From NCBI GenBank assembly GCA_036556695.1, contig DATBIY010000006.1:22231-86230 (forward strand): a stretch of DNA of 64,000 nt, in the 5' to 3' direction. This document shows positions 48,450-60,317 of the stretch, one piece after another. The position numbers and the translations under genes were made by a program. Each line of letters begins with the position of its first letter. The stretch's first letter is position 1. Below the pieces are notes generated by a model, which saw only the letters and a program-made list of their open reading frames with translations, did no database searches and was not told the origin of the DNA. The DNA comes from Candidatus Limnocylindria bacterium (lineage in GTDB: Bacteria; Chloroflexota; Limnocylindria; QHBO01).

Positions 48450-49140
48450 AACCCACGCCCCTCACCGTCTTGATGTAACGCGGTTGGGCGGGATCGGGCT
48501 CGATCTTGTCGCGGATGTGGCTGATGTGCACGTTGATCGTCCGCTCGTCGGCCTCCAGTGCCTCGTAGTCGCGCACCAGCTCCAGCAGCTGGGTGCGGGT
48601 GTAGACGCGTCCCGGTCGGCTGGCAAGGTGGCGCAGGAGGTCGAACTCGGTGGTGGTCAGACTGATGCGCTCGCCATCACGCGTCGCCCGGCGACGTTCG
48701 AGGTCGATGACCAGGTCGCCGCGACGCAGCGTCCGGCCGGTCTGGGTATCGGCCAGTTCGCCGTAGGCGCGCCGCAGCAGCGCCTTCACACGACTGACCA
48801 GCTCGCGCACGCTGAACGGCTTGACCAGGTAGTCGTCGGCGCCGATCTCGAGGCCGACGACTTTGTCCACCTCGTCGGCGCGCGCCGTGAGAAACAGGAT
48901 GGGAGCGCGGGTCTCGCGACGCAGCTGGCGGCAGACCTCGAAGCCGTCCATGCCAGGCAGGCGCACGTCCAGCAGCACCAGGTCCGGGGCGATGTCGGCC
49001 AGGCGGCTGATGGCCTCCTCCCCGGTGGGCACCACTGCCACGTCGTAGCTCTCGCGCTCGAGCGCCACCTGGACTCCGCGGGCGACCGCAGGCTCGTCCT
49101 CGACGATCATGATCGTGCCGGCCATTCGGTCGCTGATCAT
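48430..49140 (-). CDS. OmpR-family response regulator
   Basis: Receiver domain (VEDEP...LLDVRLPGMDG) and winged-helix output (YIKTVRGVGY). Confidence 0.85.
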   Translation of the reverse strand: MISDRMAGTIMIVEDEPAVARGVQVALERESYDVAVVPTGEEAISRLADIAPDLVLLDVRLPGMDGFEVCRQLRRETRAPILFLTARADEVDKVVGLEIGADDYLVKPFSVRELVSRVKALLRRAYGELADTQTGRTLRRGDLVIDLERRRATRDGERISLTTTEFDLLRHLASRPGRVYTRTQLLELVRDYEALEADERTINVHISHIRDKIEPDPAQPRYIKTVRGVGYAFSED

Positions 49141-49280
49141 AGCCCGATGCGGCCGCCCGGCCCGGGCGGCCTCCTTGCCCGGTCACCGACGCGCTGCTAG
49201 GATTCGGCCTCGCACCCGCGTGACCACCCTTCGTCCGGCGTGCCCGGACGACGAGAATTTCGAGGATTTGACCGCCCGCC

Positions 49281-49979
49281 ATGGCTGACCTGCAGATCAA
49301 CGTCGACGCACGCAGCGTGACCGGCAAGCACACCCGCCGGCTGCGTGCCGCCGGCATCGTGCCCGGCGTGCTGTTCGGCAAGAAGGCCGGATCGGTGCCG
49401 GTGCAGCTCGACGCCAAGGCGCTCGAGGCGCTGTACCGCGAGGCGGGCCGCACCACCATCGTGCGCGTTTCGGTCGGCGGCAACAGCCCGACCAGCGCGG
49501 TCATCAAGAGCCTGCAGCGCAACCCGCTGAGCGGCCAGGCGATCCATGTCGACTTCTTTGCGCCAGACCTGACCCAGGAGATGACGGTTGACGTGCCGCT
49601 GGTCTTCGACGGCGAGGCGCCGGCGGTGGAGGCCACCGGCGGCAGCCTGTTCACCTCGCTCAACTCGCTGCACGTCAAGGCCTTGCCGTCCGACCTGCCG
49701 CACGAGCTGCGCATCGACCTGAGCCCGCTGGTCGACCTGGAGAGCATCATCCACGTCCGCGACGTGGTGGTCGCCCAGAACGTGACCATCCTCAACGACC
49801 CCGAAGAGATGATCGCGCGCGTCCTGCCGCCTCGCGTCGAAGAAGAGCCGGAGCCTGTCGTGGCCGAGGGTGAGGAGGGCCTGGAGGGCGAGGCCGCAGA
49901 GGGCGAGGCCGCAGAGGGCGAGGGTGGCGAAGCTGCCGAAGGCGCCCCGGAAGGCGCCGGCGAGGACGAAGCCTCCTAG
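49281..49979 (+). CDS. rplY: 50S ribosomal protein L25/general stress protein Ctc with an acidic GEAAE-repeat tail
   Basis: L25/Ctc N- and C-domains, then EGEAAEGEAAEGEGGEAAEG low-complexity tail. Confidence 0.85.
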   Translation: MADLQINVDARSVTGKHTRRLRAAGIVPGVLFGKKAGSVPVQLDAKALEALYREAGRTTIVRVSVGGNSPTSAVIKSLQRNPLSGQAIHVDFFAPDLTQEMTVDVPLVFDGEAPAVEATGGSLFTSLNSLHVKALPSDLPHELRIDLSPLVDLESIIHVRDVVVAQNVTILNDPEEMIARVLPPRVEEEPEPVVAEGEEGLEGEAAEGEAAEGEGGEAAEGAPEGAGEDEAS

Positions 49980-50050
49980 CTGTTCATGTCGCCGGCTGAC
50001 CGGCGCTCGGCGCCGCCAGGGCGCCGCATGCCCGCTCGCCGCATACGAAA

Positions 50051-50081
50051 GAGCCAGGGCTGGCTATGCCGGCCCCGGCTC
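50051..50081. terminator. Possible bidirectional terminator hairpin between the convergent rplY and DUF378 genes
   Basis: GAGCCAGGGC-(11 nt loop)-GCCCCGGCTC gives 9 of 10 base pairs. There is no clear U-tract, which is common in high-GC genomes. Confidence 0.3.
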
Positions 50082-50098
50082 ATGTGTGCCTGGCTGTC

Positions 50099-50317
50099 TC
50101 AGCTCTCGCGGGACGTTGCCCAGTTGGCGATCGTCGGCACCAGGGCCACGGCCGCGACGCCGACGAGCCCGTAGACGATGGCCGACAGCGGGTTCACCTC
50201 GCCGAACTGCGATCCGGTGATCGCCGCCACCAGGTCGAACTTGAACAGCCCGACCAGCAGCCAGTTGAGGCCGCCCACGATGACCAGCACGAGTGCCAGA
50301 GTCTTGATGTACTGCAC
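50099..50317 (-). CDS. DUF378-family small membrane protein
   Basis: VQYIKTLALVLVIVGGLNWLLVGLF...NPLSAIVYGLVGVAA matches the DUF378 architecture. GTG start preceded by an AAGGAG Shine-Dalgarno; the Cys-rich N-terminal extension on the track ORF is rejected. Confidence 0.65.
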   Translation of the reverse strand: MQYIKTLALVLVIVGGLNWLLVGLFKFDLVAAITGSQFGEVNPLSAIVYGLVGVAAVALVPTIANWATSRES

Positions 50318-50342
50318 GATTCTGCTCCTTGCCGTGTTGAGG

Positions 50343-50421
50343 GTTTGTCGAATGTTTGCGCAGTGTACGCAGCACCTGCACAAGTTGTCAAGCGTTTGTC
50401 ACGTGCTAGACTTCGACAAGC
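50343..50421. promoter_or_regulatory. Divergent promoter region with at least five copies of a TTGTC(A/G)-type repeat (candidate operator for the adjacent MerR/B12 regulator)
   Basis: TTTGTCG, TTTGCGC, GTTGTCA and TTTGTCA as direct repeats plus CTTGTCG on the opposite strand, all within the 105-nt intergenic region. Confidence 0.35.
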
Positions 50422-50422
50422 C

Positions 50423-51295
50423 ATGTACACGATTCGCCAGGCATCGCTCCGCAGCGGCGTCAGCGTTCCGCTGATTCGTGCCTGGGAGCGCCGCTACGGC
50501 GTGGTGGATCCCGAGCGCACGGCTTCCGGCTACCGGCTCTACGACGACCGCGCCATCGCGACGCTGGCCACGATGCGCCGGCTGGTCGACGATGGGTGGC
50601 AGCCCTCGACGGCGGCCGCGGCAATCCGCGACGGCAGCGCTCCGGCAGCCGATGCCGCTCCGCCGCGCGTGGCGCCGGAGGTGGAATCGCTGGGCGTTCG
50701 ATTCGTCGAGGCGGCGGCTCGCTACGACGGGCGGGCCATCGAGGCCGTGCTGGACGAGATGCTTGCCCGAGGGTCCTTCGAGGCGGCCGTCGACCGCTAC
50801 CTGCTCCCCGCCGCCGTGGCCCTCGGAGATGCGTGGTCCCGTGGCGAGATGGACGTGGCGGCGGAGCACGCCGCCAGCGCGGCGGTGATGCGCCGGCTCT
50901 CCGCCGCCTTCGACGCCGCGGCGCTCGCTGCGCAAGGACCGGCGGTTGTGGTCGGCCTGCCGCCCGGCGTCCGGCACGAGCTCGGGGCGCTGGCCTTCGC
51001 CACTGCCCTGCGGCGCCGTGGCGTGGGGGTGGTCTACCTCGGGCCGGACGTGCCCATCGGCTCATGGGTTCATGCGGTGCAGGCGTCCGGGGCGGCGGCG
51101 GCGGTGATCGGGGCGGTCATGCCCGCAGATGCCGCCGCGGCGGCCAACGTGGTGGCGGCGCTGCGGACGGCGGATGGCTCGCTGCGGATCGCCGTTGGTG
51201 GCACTGCCGCGGCACTGGTGGCGGCAGAGAACGTGACGGTCCTGCCGGAGTCGATCGCGGAGAGCGCGAGGGTCGCCGAGCGCCTGCTTTCGTGA
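50423..51295 (+). CDS. MerR-family transcriptional regulator with a C-terminal cobalamin-binding domain (CarH/LitR-like)
   Basis: MerR HTH (YTIRQASLRSGVSVPLIRAWERRYGV). B12-binding-2 helix-bundle motif GDAWSRGEMDVAAEHAAS. Rossmann B12-binding motif with VVVGLPPGVRHELG (DxHxxG-type) and YLGPDVP. Confidence 0.8.
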   Translation: MYTIRQASLRSGVSVPLIRAWERRYGVVDPERTASGYRLYDDRAIATLATMRRLVDDGWQPSTAAAAIRDGSAPAADAAPPRVAPEVESLGVRFVEAAARYDGRAIEAVLDEMLARGSFEAAVDRYLLPAAVALGDAWSRGEMDVAAEHAASAAVMRRLSAAFDAAALAAQGPAVVVGLPPGVRHELGALAFATALRRRGVGVVYLGPDVPIGSWVHAVQASGAAAAVIGAVMPADAAAAANVVAALRTADGSLRIAVGGTAAALVAAENVTVLPESIAESARVAERLLS

Positions 51296-51322
51296 ACGAC
51301 AGCCGGCCGTCAGAATGAGCTC

Positions 51323-52804
<1,482 letters not shown>

Positions 52805-52808
52805 GCCC

Positions 52809-52835
52809 GGCCCACCTTGGTGGGCAGTACTTTTG
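52809..52835 (+). terminator. Intrinsic terminator downstream of the aldehyde dehydrogenase gene
   Basis: GCCCAC-cttg-GTGGGC hairpin followed by AGTACTTTTGG (a T-tract). Confidence 0.45.
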
Positions 52836-53045
52836 GCGCTGAACCGAGCAACGCTCGGTGCGCCGTGGCACCGCAATTCGGATGGCCTCATCACCGGACC
52901 ACCACCAACGTCTCCAGCGTGCACCACCTCCGTGAAACTTAGGTACTTCCGCCCGTAGTACCCCCGCTGGTAGGTTCGGAACACGGCGCAACCGGTCCAA
53001 ATTTTTCATCACCGGAGCGCCGCCGAATCTCCAGGGGAGGCTACG

Positions 53046-54419
53046 GTGTTCTCATCCTTTGCTCAGCTGCCCGAGCGACCCACCCGCGCCATGGGTGGGG
53101 TCATCTCGACGGCAGCACTCCTTGCCTCGCTGCTGCTGGCAGGGACGGCGTCGGTCGGAATGGCGGCCGACAATCCCGACTGCGGCCTGCGGCCGCTCGA
53201 CGTCGAGCTGATCATCGATCGGTCCGGCAGCATGAGCAGCCAGCAAAGCGGCGGGCATTCGCGCATCTACTGGGCCAAGCAGGCCGCCAACCAGCTGGTC
53301 GACGATCTCGATGGCAACGGCGGCGTCGGCGGGACACACCATGTTGGCGTGACCTCGTTCGGCGGCGTCACCGCCGGCGTGAACCTCGCCCTTGGTGGCT
53401 CGAGTGCCGCCACGGTGCATGGTGCCATTGACGGCATCTCCGCAACCGGGAACACGCCGCTGAAGCTCGGCTTGGCCACCGGCGCCGCGGACCTGGTCGC
53501 AAACAAGCGCAACTCGGCAAGTGGCATCCCGGTGCTGCACGTGCTCGTCATGCTGTCTGACGGCCGTCCGAATCCGGATCCCGGTCAGCGGCCGAACTCG
53601 GGGGAGATCGCCAGCTACCTGGCATCCGCTGATGTTGCGTACTCCATCGCCATCGGCGAGGGGGGCAGCGGCTCCAACCAGATCGACCTTGCCCTGATGG
53701 GCAATCTCGCCAACCCGTCTGGAAACTTCCATCATGTGGTGGAGGCATCGGACCTGCCGGGCCTCTTCTCTTCGATCTTCGAGGAGCTGAGCTGCCCGCA
53801 GATCGGGGTGGAGAAGACGCCGAGTGTCGACAGCCTGCCTGCTGGTGGCGGGGACGTGACCTATACGTATGAGGTCACCAACTCGAACCCCGATGCAGCG
53901 CTGCACGACGTCACGGTCAGCGATGACAAGTGCTCGCCCGTCACCTACGTCTCCGGTGACACGAACACGGACTCGAAGCTGCAGTCGGGTGAGACCTGGA
54001 TCTTCACCTGCTCGATGTCGCTCAGCCAGACGACGAAGAACGTCGTGACTGCCGCCGGACAGTACAACGGTCGCAGCTTCACGGCGCTCGACGACGCGAA
54101 GGTGGTCGTGGCCGACGCCACTCCCACCCCGACGGCCACGCCCACCGCGACGCCGACGGCGACGCCCACGGCCACGCCGACGGTGAAGCCCAGTCCTTCT
54201 CAGCCGGAGACCGAGGTTCCTTCTGAGACTCCGTCACCCACGCCCGAGCAGAGCGTCGAGGGCGGAACGGGGACTCCGGCCCCGAGCATCCCGAACACCG
54301 CAGTCGTGGTCGACCATTCGTCGAGCCCTGCTGCCACGGTGCTGTTTGCCCTGATTGGCGTGGGTGCGCTGCTGGTGCTCGCATCCGCGAACGTGGCGGT
54401 CGCCAGGCGGCGCCGCTAG
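53046..54419 (+). CDS. Secreted von Willebrand factor A (vWA) domain surface protein with a DUF11-like Ig domain, a (TPTA)n linker and a sortase-type C-terminal anchor
   Basis: Signal peptide. vWA MIDAS motif (DRSGSMS...T...). (TPTA)5 repeat linker. C-terminal IPNTA motif, then a hydrophobic helix and RRRR tail. Confidence 0.7.
   Translation: MFSSFAQLPERPTRAMGGVISTAALLASLLLAGTASVGMAADNPDCGLRPLDVELIIDRSGSMSSQQSGGHSRIYWAKQAANQLVDDLDGNGGVGGTHHVGVTSFGGVTAGVNLALGGSSAATVHGAIDGISATGNTPLKLGLATGAADLVANKRNSASGIPVLHVLVMLSDGRPNPDPGQRPNSGEIASYLASADVAYSIAIGEGGSGSNQIDLALMGNLANPSGNFHHVVEASDLPGLFSSIFEELSCPQIGVEKTPSVDSLPAGGGDVTYTYEVTNSNPDAALHDVTVSDDKCSPVTYVSGDTNTDSKLQSGETWIFTCSMSLSQTTKNVVTAAGQYNGRSFTALDDAKVVVADATPTPTATPTATPTATPTATPTVKPSPSQPETEVPSETPSPTPEQSVEGGTGTPAPSIPNTAVVVDHSSSPAATVLFALIGVGALLVLASANVAVARRRR
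54118..54183 (+). repeat. Tandem 12-nt (ACNCCNACNGCN) repeat encoding (TPTA)n inside the vWA gene
   Basis: Five or more direct copies of ccacg/cccac...gcgacgccgacg visible in the sequence. Confidence 0.7.
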
Positions 54420-54507
54420 ATACGGGGGGAAGGGGGAACCCAGGGGGACCAGGGAGAGGACCAGCGGCCATCGGGGTCGCACATTGATCCAGCCCCCCTG
54501 GCAGGGA

Positions 54508-54533
54508 CGGGGTGGAGGTTCGCCTCCACCCCG
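54508..54533. terminator. Strong palindromic hairpin (11-bp stem, UUCG tetraloop), a probable bidirectional terminator between the vWA gene and tRNA-Thr
   Basis: CGGGGTGGAGG-ttcg-CCTCCACCCCG followed by TCTTCTGG on the plus strand. Confidence 0.5.
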
Positions 54534-54564
54534 TCTTCTGGTGTGGTGGCCTGACTTCATGTGG

Positions 54565-54639
54565 TGGAGCCGAAGGTGGGATTCGAACCCACGACCGACG
54601 GTTTACGAAACCGTTGCTCTACCCCTGAGCTACTTCGGC
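54565..54639 (-). tRNA. tRNA-Thr (anticodon CGT), CCA encoded
   Basis: Minus-strand read GCCGAAGTAGCTCAGGGGTAGAGCAACGGTTTCGTAAACCGTCGGTCGTGGGTTCGAATCCCACCTTCGGCTCCA gives a cloverleaf with anticodon loop TTCGTAA. Confidence 0.85.
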
Positions 54640-54824
54640 CCGATGACCGCCGCCGTCCGCCGCGGCTGAGGCGAGGGCGAAGTCTACCAGCGGGCAGGCC
54701 TCGGTTCTAGCAGCCGATCGTCCAGACCTCTGGCGCAGATGGCGCGGACCGGATACGCTCGCCATTCAGGCCGGCGAGCCGTCGACGGCTCACCCATCGG
54801 CCATCAGCCAACGCGGAGGATGAC

Positions 54825-55226
54825 ATGAAGATCGAGGATGTCGAGGGGATCGGTCCGGCCTTTGCCGAGAAGCTCGCGAACGCAGGCGTCAGGACGACTG
54901 ACGACCTGCTGGCTCGGGGTGGCAAAAAGGCAGGCCGCGCAGCCCTTGCCGCGCAGACCGGCATCAACGAGGGGATGCTGCTCGAGTGGACCAACCACGT
55001 CGACCTGATGCGCATCAAGGGCGTGGGCTCAGAGTTCTCGGACATGCTCGAGGCCGCCGGCGTCGACTCCCCGGCGGAGCTGGCGCAGCGCAACGCCGCC
55101 AATTTGGCCGAGACCATGGCCGAGCTGGACATGGCACGCAACACGACTCGGCGCATCCCGACCGAGGCGATGGTCGCCGGGTGGATTGCTGAGGCGAAGA
55201 GCATGGAGCGGGCCGTCGAGCACTGA
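54825..55226 (+). CDS. DUF4332 (helix-hairpin-helix) domain protein
   Basis: IEDVEGIGPAFAEKLANAGVRTTDDLL...LMRIKGVGSEFSDMLEAAGVDSPAELA gives two HhH-like units. Confidence 0.6.
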   Translation: MKIEDVEGIGPAFAEKLANAGVRTTDDLLARGGKKAGRAALAAQTGINEGMLLEWTNHVDLMRIKGVGSEFSDMLEAAGVDSPAELAQRNAANLAETMAELDMARNTTRRIPTEAMVAGWIAEAKSMERAVEH

Positions 55227-55283
55227 CGGCCGAGGGATCCGATGGAGCGCCGGTGCGGCCAGCCGCCCGGCGCTTCGGGTTTC

Positions 55284-56240
55284 TCAGTCCACCAGGTGCT
55301 CGGCGGCGAAGGCGCGCATGGCCTCGATGTCCGGCTCCAGGATGTAGCCGCGCCCGTCCCCCGCGTCCCCGGCAAAGGTGATGAAGCCGCCGTCCGGGTT
55401 CAGCACCTGCGTGATGACCTCGGCGTCCTGCGCTCGCTGGGCGAGCTCCACGTAGGTCGGCATGTCCTCCAGCGGCAGGTCGGTCTCGAACGAGTCCAGG
55501 CTGTCCAGCAGCGCCGGAATGTCGATCTGGTTATCCGGTGAGATGAGTCGCCGCACCAGTTGCTGGATGACCTCCTGCTGGCGCGCGGCACGCTGGAAGT
55601 CGTTGTCGACCCGCGTCCGCACGTAGCCCTGCGCCGTCCTCCCGTCCAGCAGCTGGCGTCCCGCCGGGATGTCCAGGTCAAGGTGGGCATCGGCCAGCGG
55701 GGCGTGGGGCCGAACGCGCACGCCACCGACCGCGTCGACCATGGTGATCAGGTCGCCCATGTCGATCTGCACGTAGCCGTCGATCTCGATCTGCAGCAGT
55801 TCCTCCAACGCCCCGCGCAGCTCCTCCACCCCCTGCGTTGAATAGATGGCATTGATCTTCTGCGTCCAGGTCGTACCGTCGGGCATCGGGATGTCGACCG
55901 TGTCGCGGGGGACGCTGACCAGCGTCATCTCCGACTGGTCGGCGTTCATGCTGGCGATCATGATCGTGTCGCTGTTGATGCCGGCTCCTCGCGCCCGGCG
56001 GGCGTCGCTGCTGTCCAGGCCAAGCACCAGGACGGTGAACCGATTGCTCAGCAGCTCCTGGTTGAGCGTCGGCGAAGGTGACGGCTGGCTGGCCGATGGC
56101 GAGGCGCTCGCCGCCGGCGCCCGCTGGTTCAGCAGCACGAACCCCAGGCCGGCTGCGACAACGGCCAGCAGGACGACGCCGCCGACCAATGGCCACGGCG
56201 CACGGCGAGAGGCAGCGGCTGGTTCGGGCGTGTAGGTCAT
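55284..56240 (-). CDS. LytR-CpsA-Psr (LCP) family cell-envelope phosphotransferase
   Basis: TM anchor followed by an LCP core (VLVLGLDSSD...SDTIMIASMN...VSVPRDT). Confidence 0.8.
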   Translation of the reverse strand: MTYTPEPAAASRRAPWPLVGGVVLLAVVAAGLGFVLLNQRAPAASASPSASQPSPSPTLNQELLSNRFTVLVLGLDSSDARRARGAGINSDTIMIASMNADQSEMTLVSVPRDTVDIPMPDGTTWTQKINAIYSTQGVEELRGALEELLQIEIDGYVQIDMGDLITMVDAVGGVRVRPHAPLADAHLDLDIPAGRQLLDGRTAQGYVRTRVDNDFQRAARQQEVIQQLVRRLISPDNQIDIPALLDSLDSFETDLPLEDMPTYVELAQRAQDAEVITQVLNPDGGFITFAGDAGDGRGYILEPDIEAMRAFAAEHLVD

Positions 56241-57130
56241 CGGGACGCGCTGTCTGCGTCTGGCGTGCCAACCTCGGCCGCTCGGCGTTCAGGCGGCATC
56301 CAGCCATGGATCAGCTCGTCGTGGTAGCGAGGCATGCCGCCGGCCCTGGCAATGTCGCGGGGAATGGGAGCCATCGGTGCCTTGCTCTTCGCCGCCAGGA
56401 CGTAGTAGGCGCAGACGTCGGTCAGCGGGCAGAGCCCGCAGATCGGACGCGGCGCGCGGCAGGTGTCGCGGCCATGCCGGATGAGCTCCACGTGGAAGGG
56501 GTACATCTCGTCGGGCTGGAGCACCTCCTCCAGCAGGTCGTGGGCGCGCTCCAGCGGTGTGCGCGGCGGCAGCATGCCCAGGCGGCTGGCCACGCGGTGA
56601 ACGTGGGTGTCGACCGGCACCGCCGGTCGCCCGAAGCCGAACAGCAGGATGATCGAAGCGGTCTTGCGGCCGATGCCGGTCAGCGACACCAGCCAGGCCC
56701 GCGCCTCCTCGAGCGGCTGCGTCCCCAGGAAGCCCAGGTCCCAGGTGCCATTCGTCGCGGCGTGCACCTCGGCCAGGATGTGCTGGATGCGCTTCGACTT
56801 GGTCGGCGCCAGGCCGCCGGGGCGGATGACGTCCTCCAGCTCGTCCGTCGGCGCGGCCAGCACCTCCTCCCAGGTGGCGTAGCGGGCGCGGAGCGCGCTG
56901 AAGGCTCGGAACGAATTCGTGTCGGCAGTGTTCTGCGACAAGATGGTCAGCACCAGCTCGCTCACCGCATCGAGCCGCGGGCCCGCCCAGGTCGGGTGCT
57001 CATAGCGCTCCCCCAGCCGATCGAGCACCACGCCGGCCAGCGCGCGGCGCTTCCGACGGTCTGCGGCCCTCTTCTGCGGGCTTGGACCTCGCCGTCCGCC
57101 CCGCTTCTTCCCCTTGGTGGCGGCCGCCAT
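56237..57130 (-). CDS. nth: Endonuclease III family DNA glycosylase (HhH-GPD with a 4Fe-4S cluster)
   Basis: HhH-GPD motif (LVSLTGIGRKTASIILLFG...VDTHVHRV) and FCL Cys cluster Cx6Cx2Cx5C (CRAPRPICGLCPLTDVC). Basic N-terminal extension. Confidence 0.85.
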   Translation of the reverse strand: MAAATKGKKRGGRRGPSPQKRAADRRKRRALAGVVLDRLGERYEHPTWAGPRLDAVSELVLTILSQNTADTNSFRAFSALRARYATWEEVLAAPTDELEDVIRPGGLAPTKSKRIQHILAEVHAATNGTWDLGFLGTQPLEEARAWLVSLTGIGRKTASIILLFGFGRPAVPVDTHVHRVASRLGMLPPRTPLERAHDLLEEVLQPDEMYPFHVELIRHGRDTCRAPRPICGLCPLTDVCAYYVLAAKSKAPMAPIPRDIARAGGMPRYHDELIHGWMPPERRAAEVGTPDADSASR

Positions 57131-58311
57131 CAGCCGGAGCGCTCCGCCAGCCCGATCCCCAGCTCCAGGGTCCGCGCAACCCGCTCCGCGGCGTTGGCCA
57201 GCAGCCGCTCCGTGTCCTGCATGGCCTCATCCAGCGCCATGGGCCTGTCGCCGATGGGCTGCACCACCGCGAATGTGCCCGACGCATCGAGCGCGGCGGC
57301 TCCCGGGCCCAGCGCGCCACACAGCAGGATCACCGGCGAGTTCCGGCTGCGCGCCAGGCGGGCCACGCCCATGGCCGCCTTGCCGGACAGCGTCTGCTCG
57401 TCGGCGCGTCCCTCGCCGGTGATCACCAGGTCGGCCGATTCGAGCGCGTCGGCCAGGCCCACCAGCTCGGCCACGACCTCTACCCCGGGACGGACCTGCG
57501 CGCTGGTGAAGCCCAGCAACCCGGCCGTCGTGCCCCCGGCCGCGCCAGCGCCGGGGATGTCGGCCACGAAGCGGCCCTTGGCCGTCTCGATGGCCCCGCC
57601 CCACGCCGCCAGCGCGGCTTCCAGCTCCTCGACGGCTGCCGGGTCGGCGCCCTTCTGCGGCCCGTAGGTGGCTGCCGCACCGCTGGGCCCACACAGCAGG
57701 TTGGTCACGTCCGAGGCGATCGTCAGCCTCACTTCGGCCAGCCGTGGATCCAGTCCATCGGCTTCGACCTTCGCCAGCCCGGCGAGTGCCGCGCCACCCG
57801 GCTCCAATACCCGTCCCGCCGAATCGAGCAGCCGCAAACCCAGCGCCGCCAGCAGGCCGCTGCCACCGTCGGTTGTGGCGCTGCCGCCCAAGCCCAGCGT
57901 GATCTCCGTGGCACCGGCGTCCAAAGCGGCGCGCAGCAGATCCCCCGTCCCGCGGGTCGAGGCACGGCGCGCTGCGTCCGGGGTGCGCTCCTGGTGCGCC
58001 AGGCGGGACAGCCCGGAGGCCGCCGCCATCTCGATGAACGCGGTGCCGCCGCCCAGCTCCAGCCAGTCAGCCTCGATCGGACGGCCCAGCGGGTCGATGG
58101 TGCTCACCGTCCGCCGCTGCGCCCGCTCGCCGAGGGCCGCCTCCAGGGAGGCCAGCGTGCCCTCGCCGCCATCGGCCATGGGAGTCAGCCGGATCTCGTC
58201 CTGGGACCGGGCGCGTGACCACCCGGCGGCGATCGCCCGCGCCACGCCGACGGAGTCCAGCGACCCGCCGAACGAGTCGGGGGCGATGACCAGGCGGAGG
58301 GGGTCAGTCAC
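57130..58311 (-). CDS. glxK: Glycerate kinase
   Basis: GlxK/GarK family layout (LVIAPDSFGGSL...MADGGEGT...VITGEGR). Confidence 0.85.
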   Translation of the reverse strand: MTDPLRLVIAPDSFGGSLDSVGVARAIAAGWSRARSQDEIRLTPMADGGEGTLASLEAALGERAQRRTVSTIDPLGRPIEADWLELGGGTAFIEMAAASGLSRLAHQERTPDAARRASTRGTGDLLRAALDAGATEITLGLGGSATTDGGSGLLAALGLRLLDSAGRVLEPGGAALAGLAKVEADGLDPRLAEVRLTIASDVTNLLCGPSGAAATYGPQKGADPAAVEELEAALAAWGGAIETAKGRFVADIPGAGAAGGTTAGLLGFTSAQVRPGVEVVAELVGLADALESADLVITGEGRADEQTLSGKAAMGVARLARSRNSPVILLCGALGPGAAALDASGTFAVVQPIGDRPMALDEAMQDTERLLANAAERVARTLELGIGLAERSG

Positions 58312-58364
58312 CCGTCGATGATAGTGGTGCTCGGCGGCTTGGCCGTGAGGTCCGTATCGGCGAG

Positions 58365-60316
<1,952 letters not shown>

Positions 60317-60317
<1 letters not shown>

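Noticed and set aside
54420-54505. Run of G-tracts (GGGGGGAAGGGGGAACCCAGGGGGACCAGGGAGAGG) after the vWA gene that could form a G-quadruplex
   Set aside because: It is possible, but in a 70% GC genome G-runs are common, and function cannot be assessed without structure probing.
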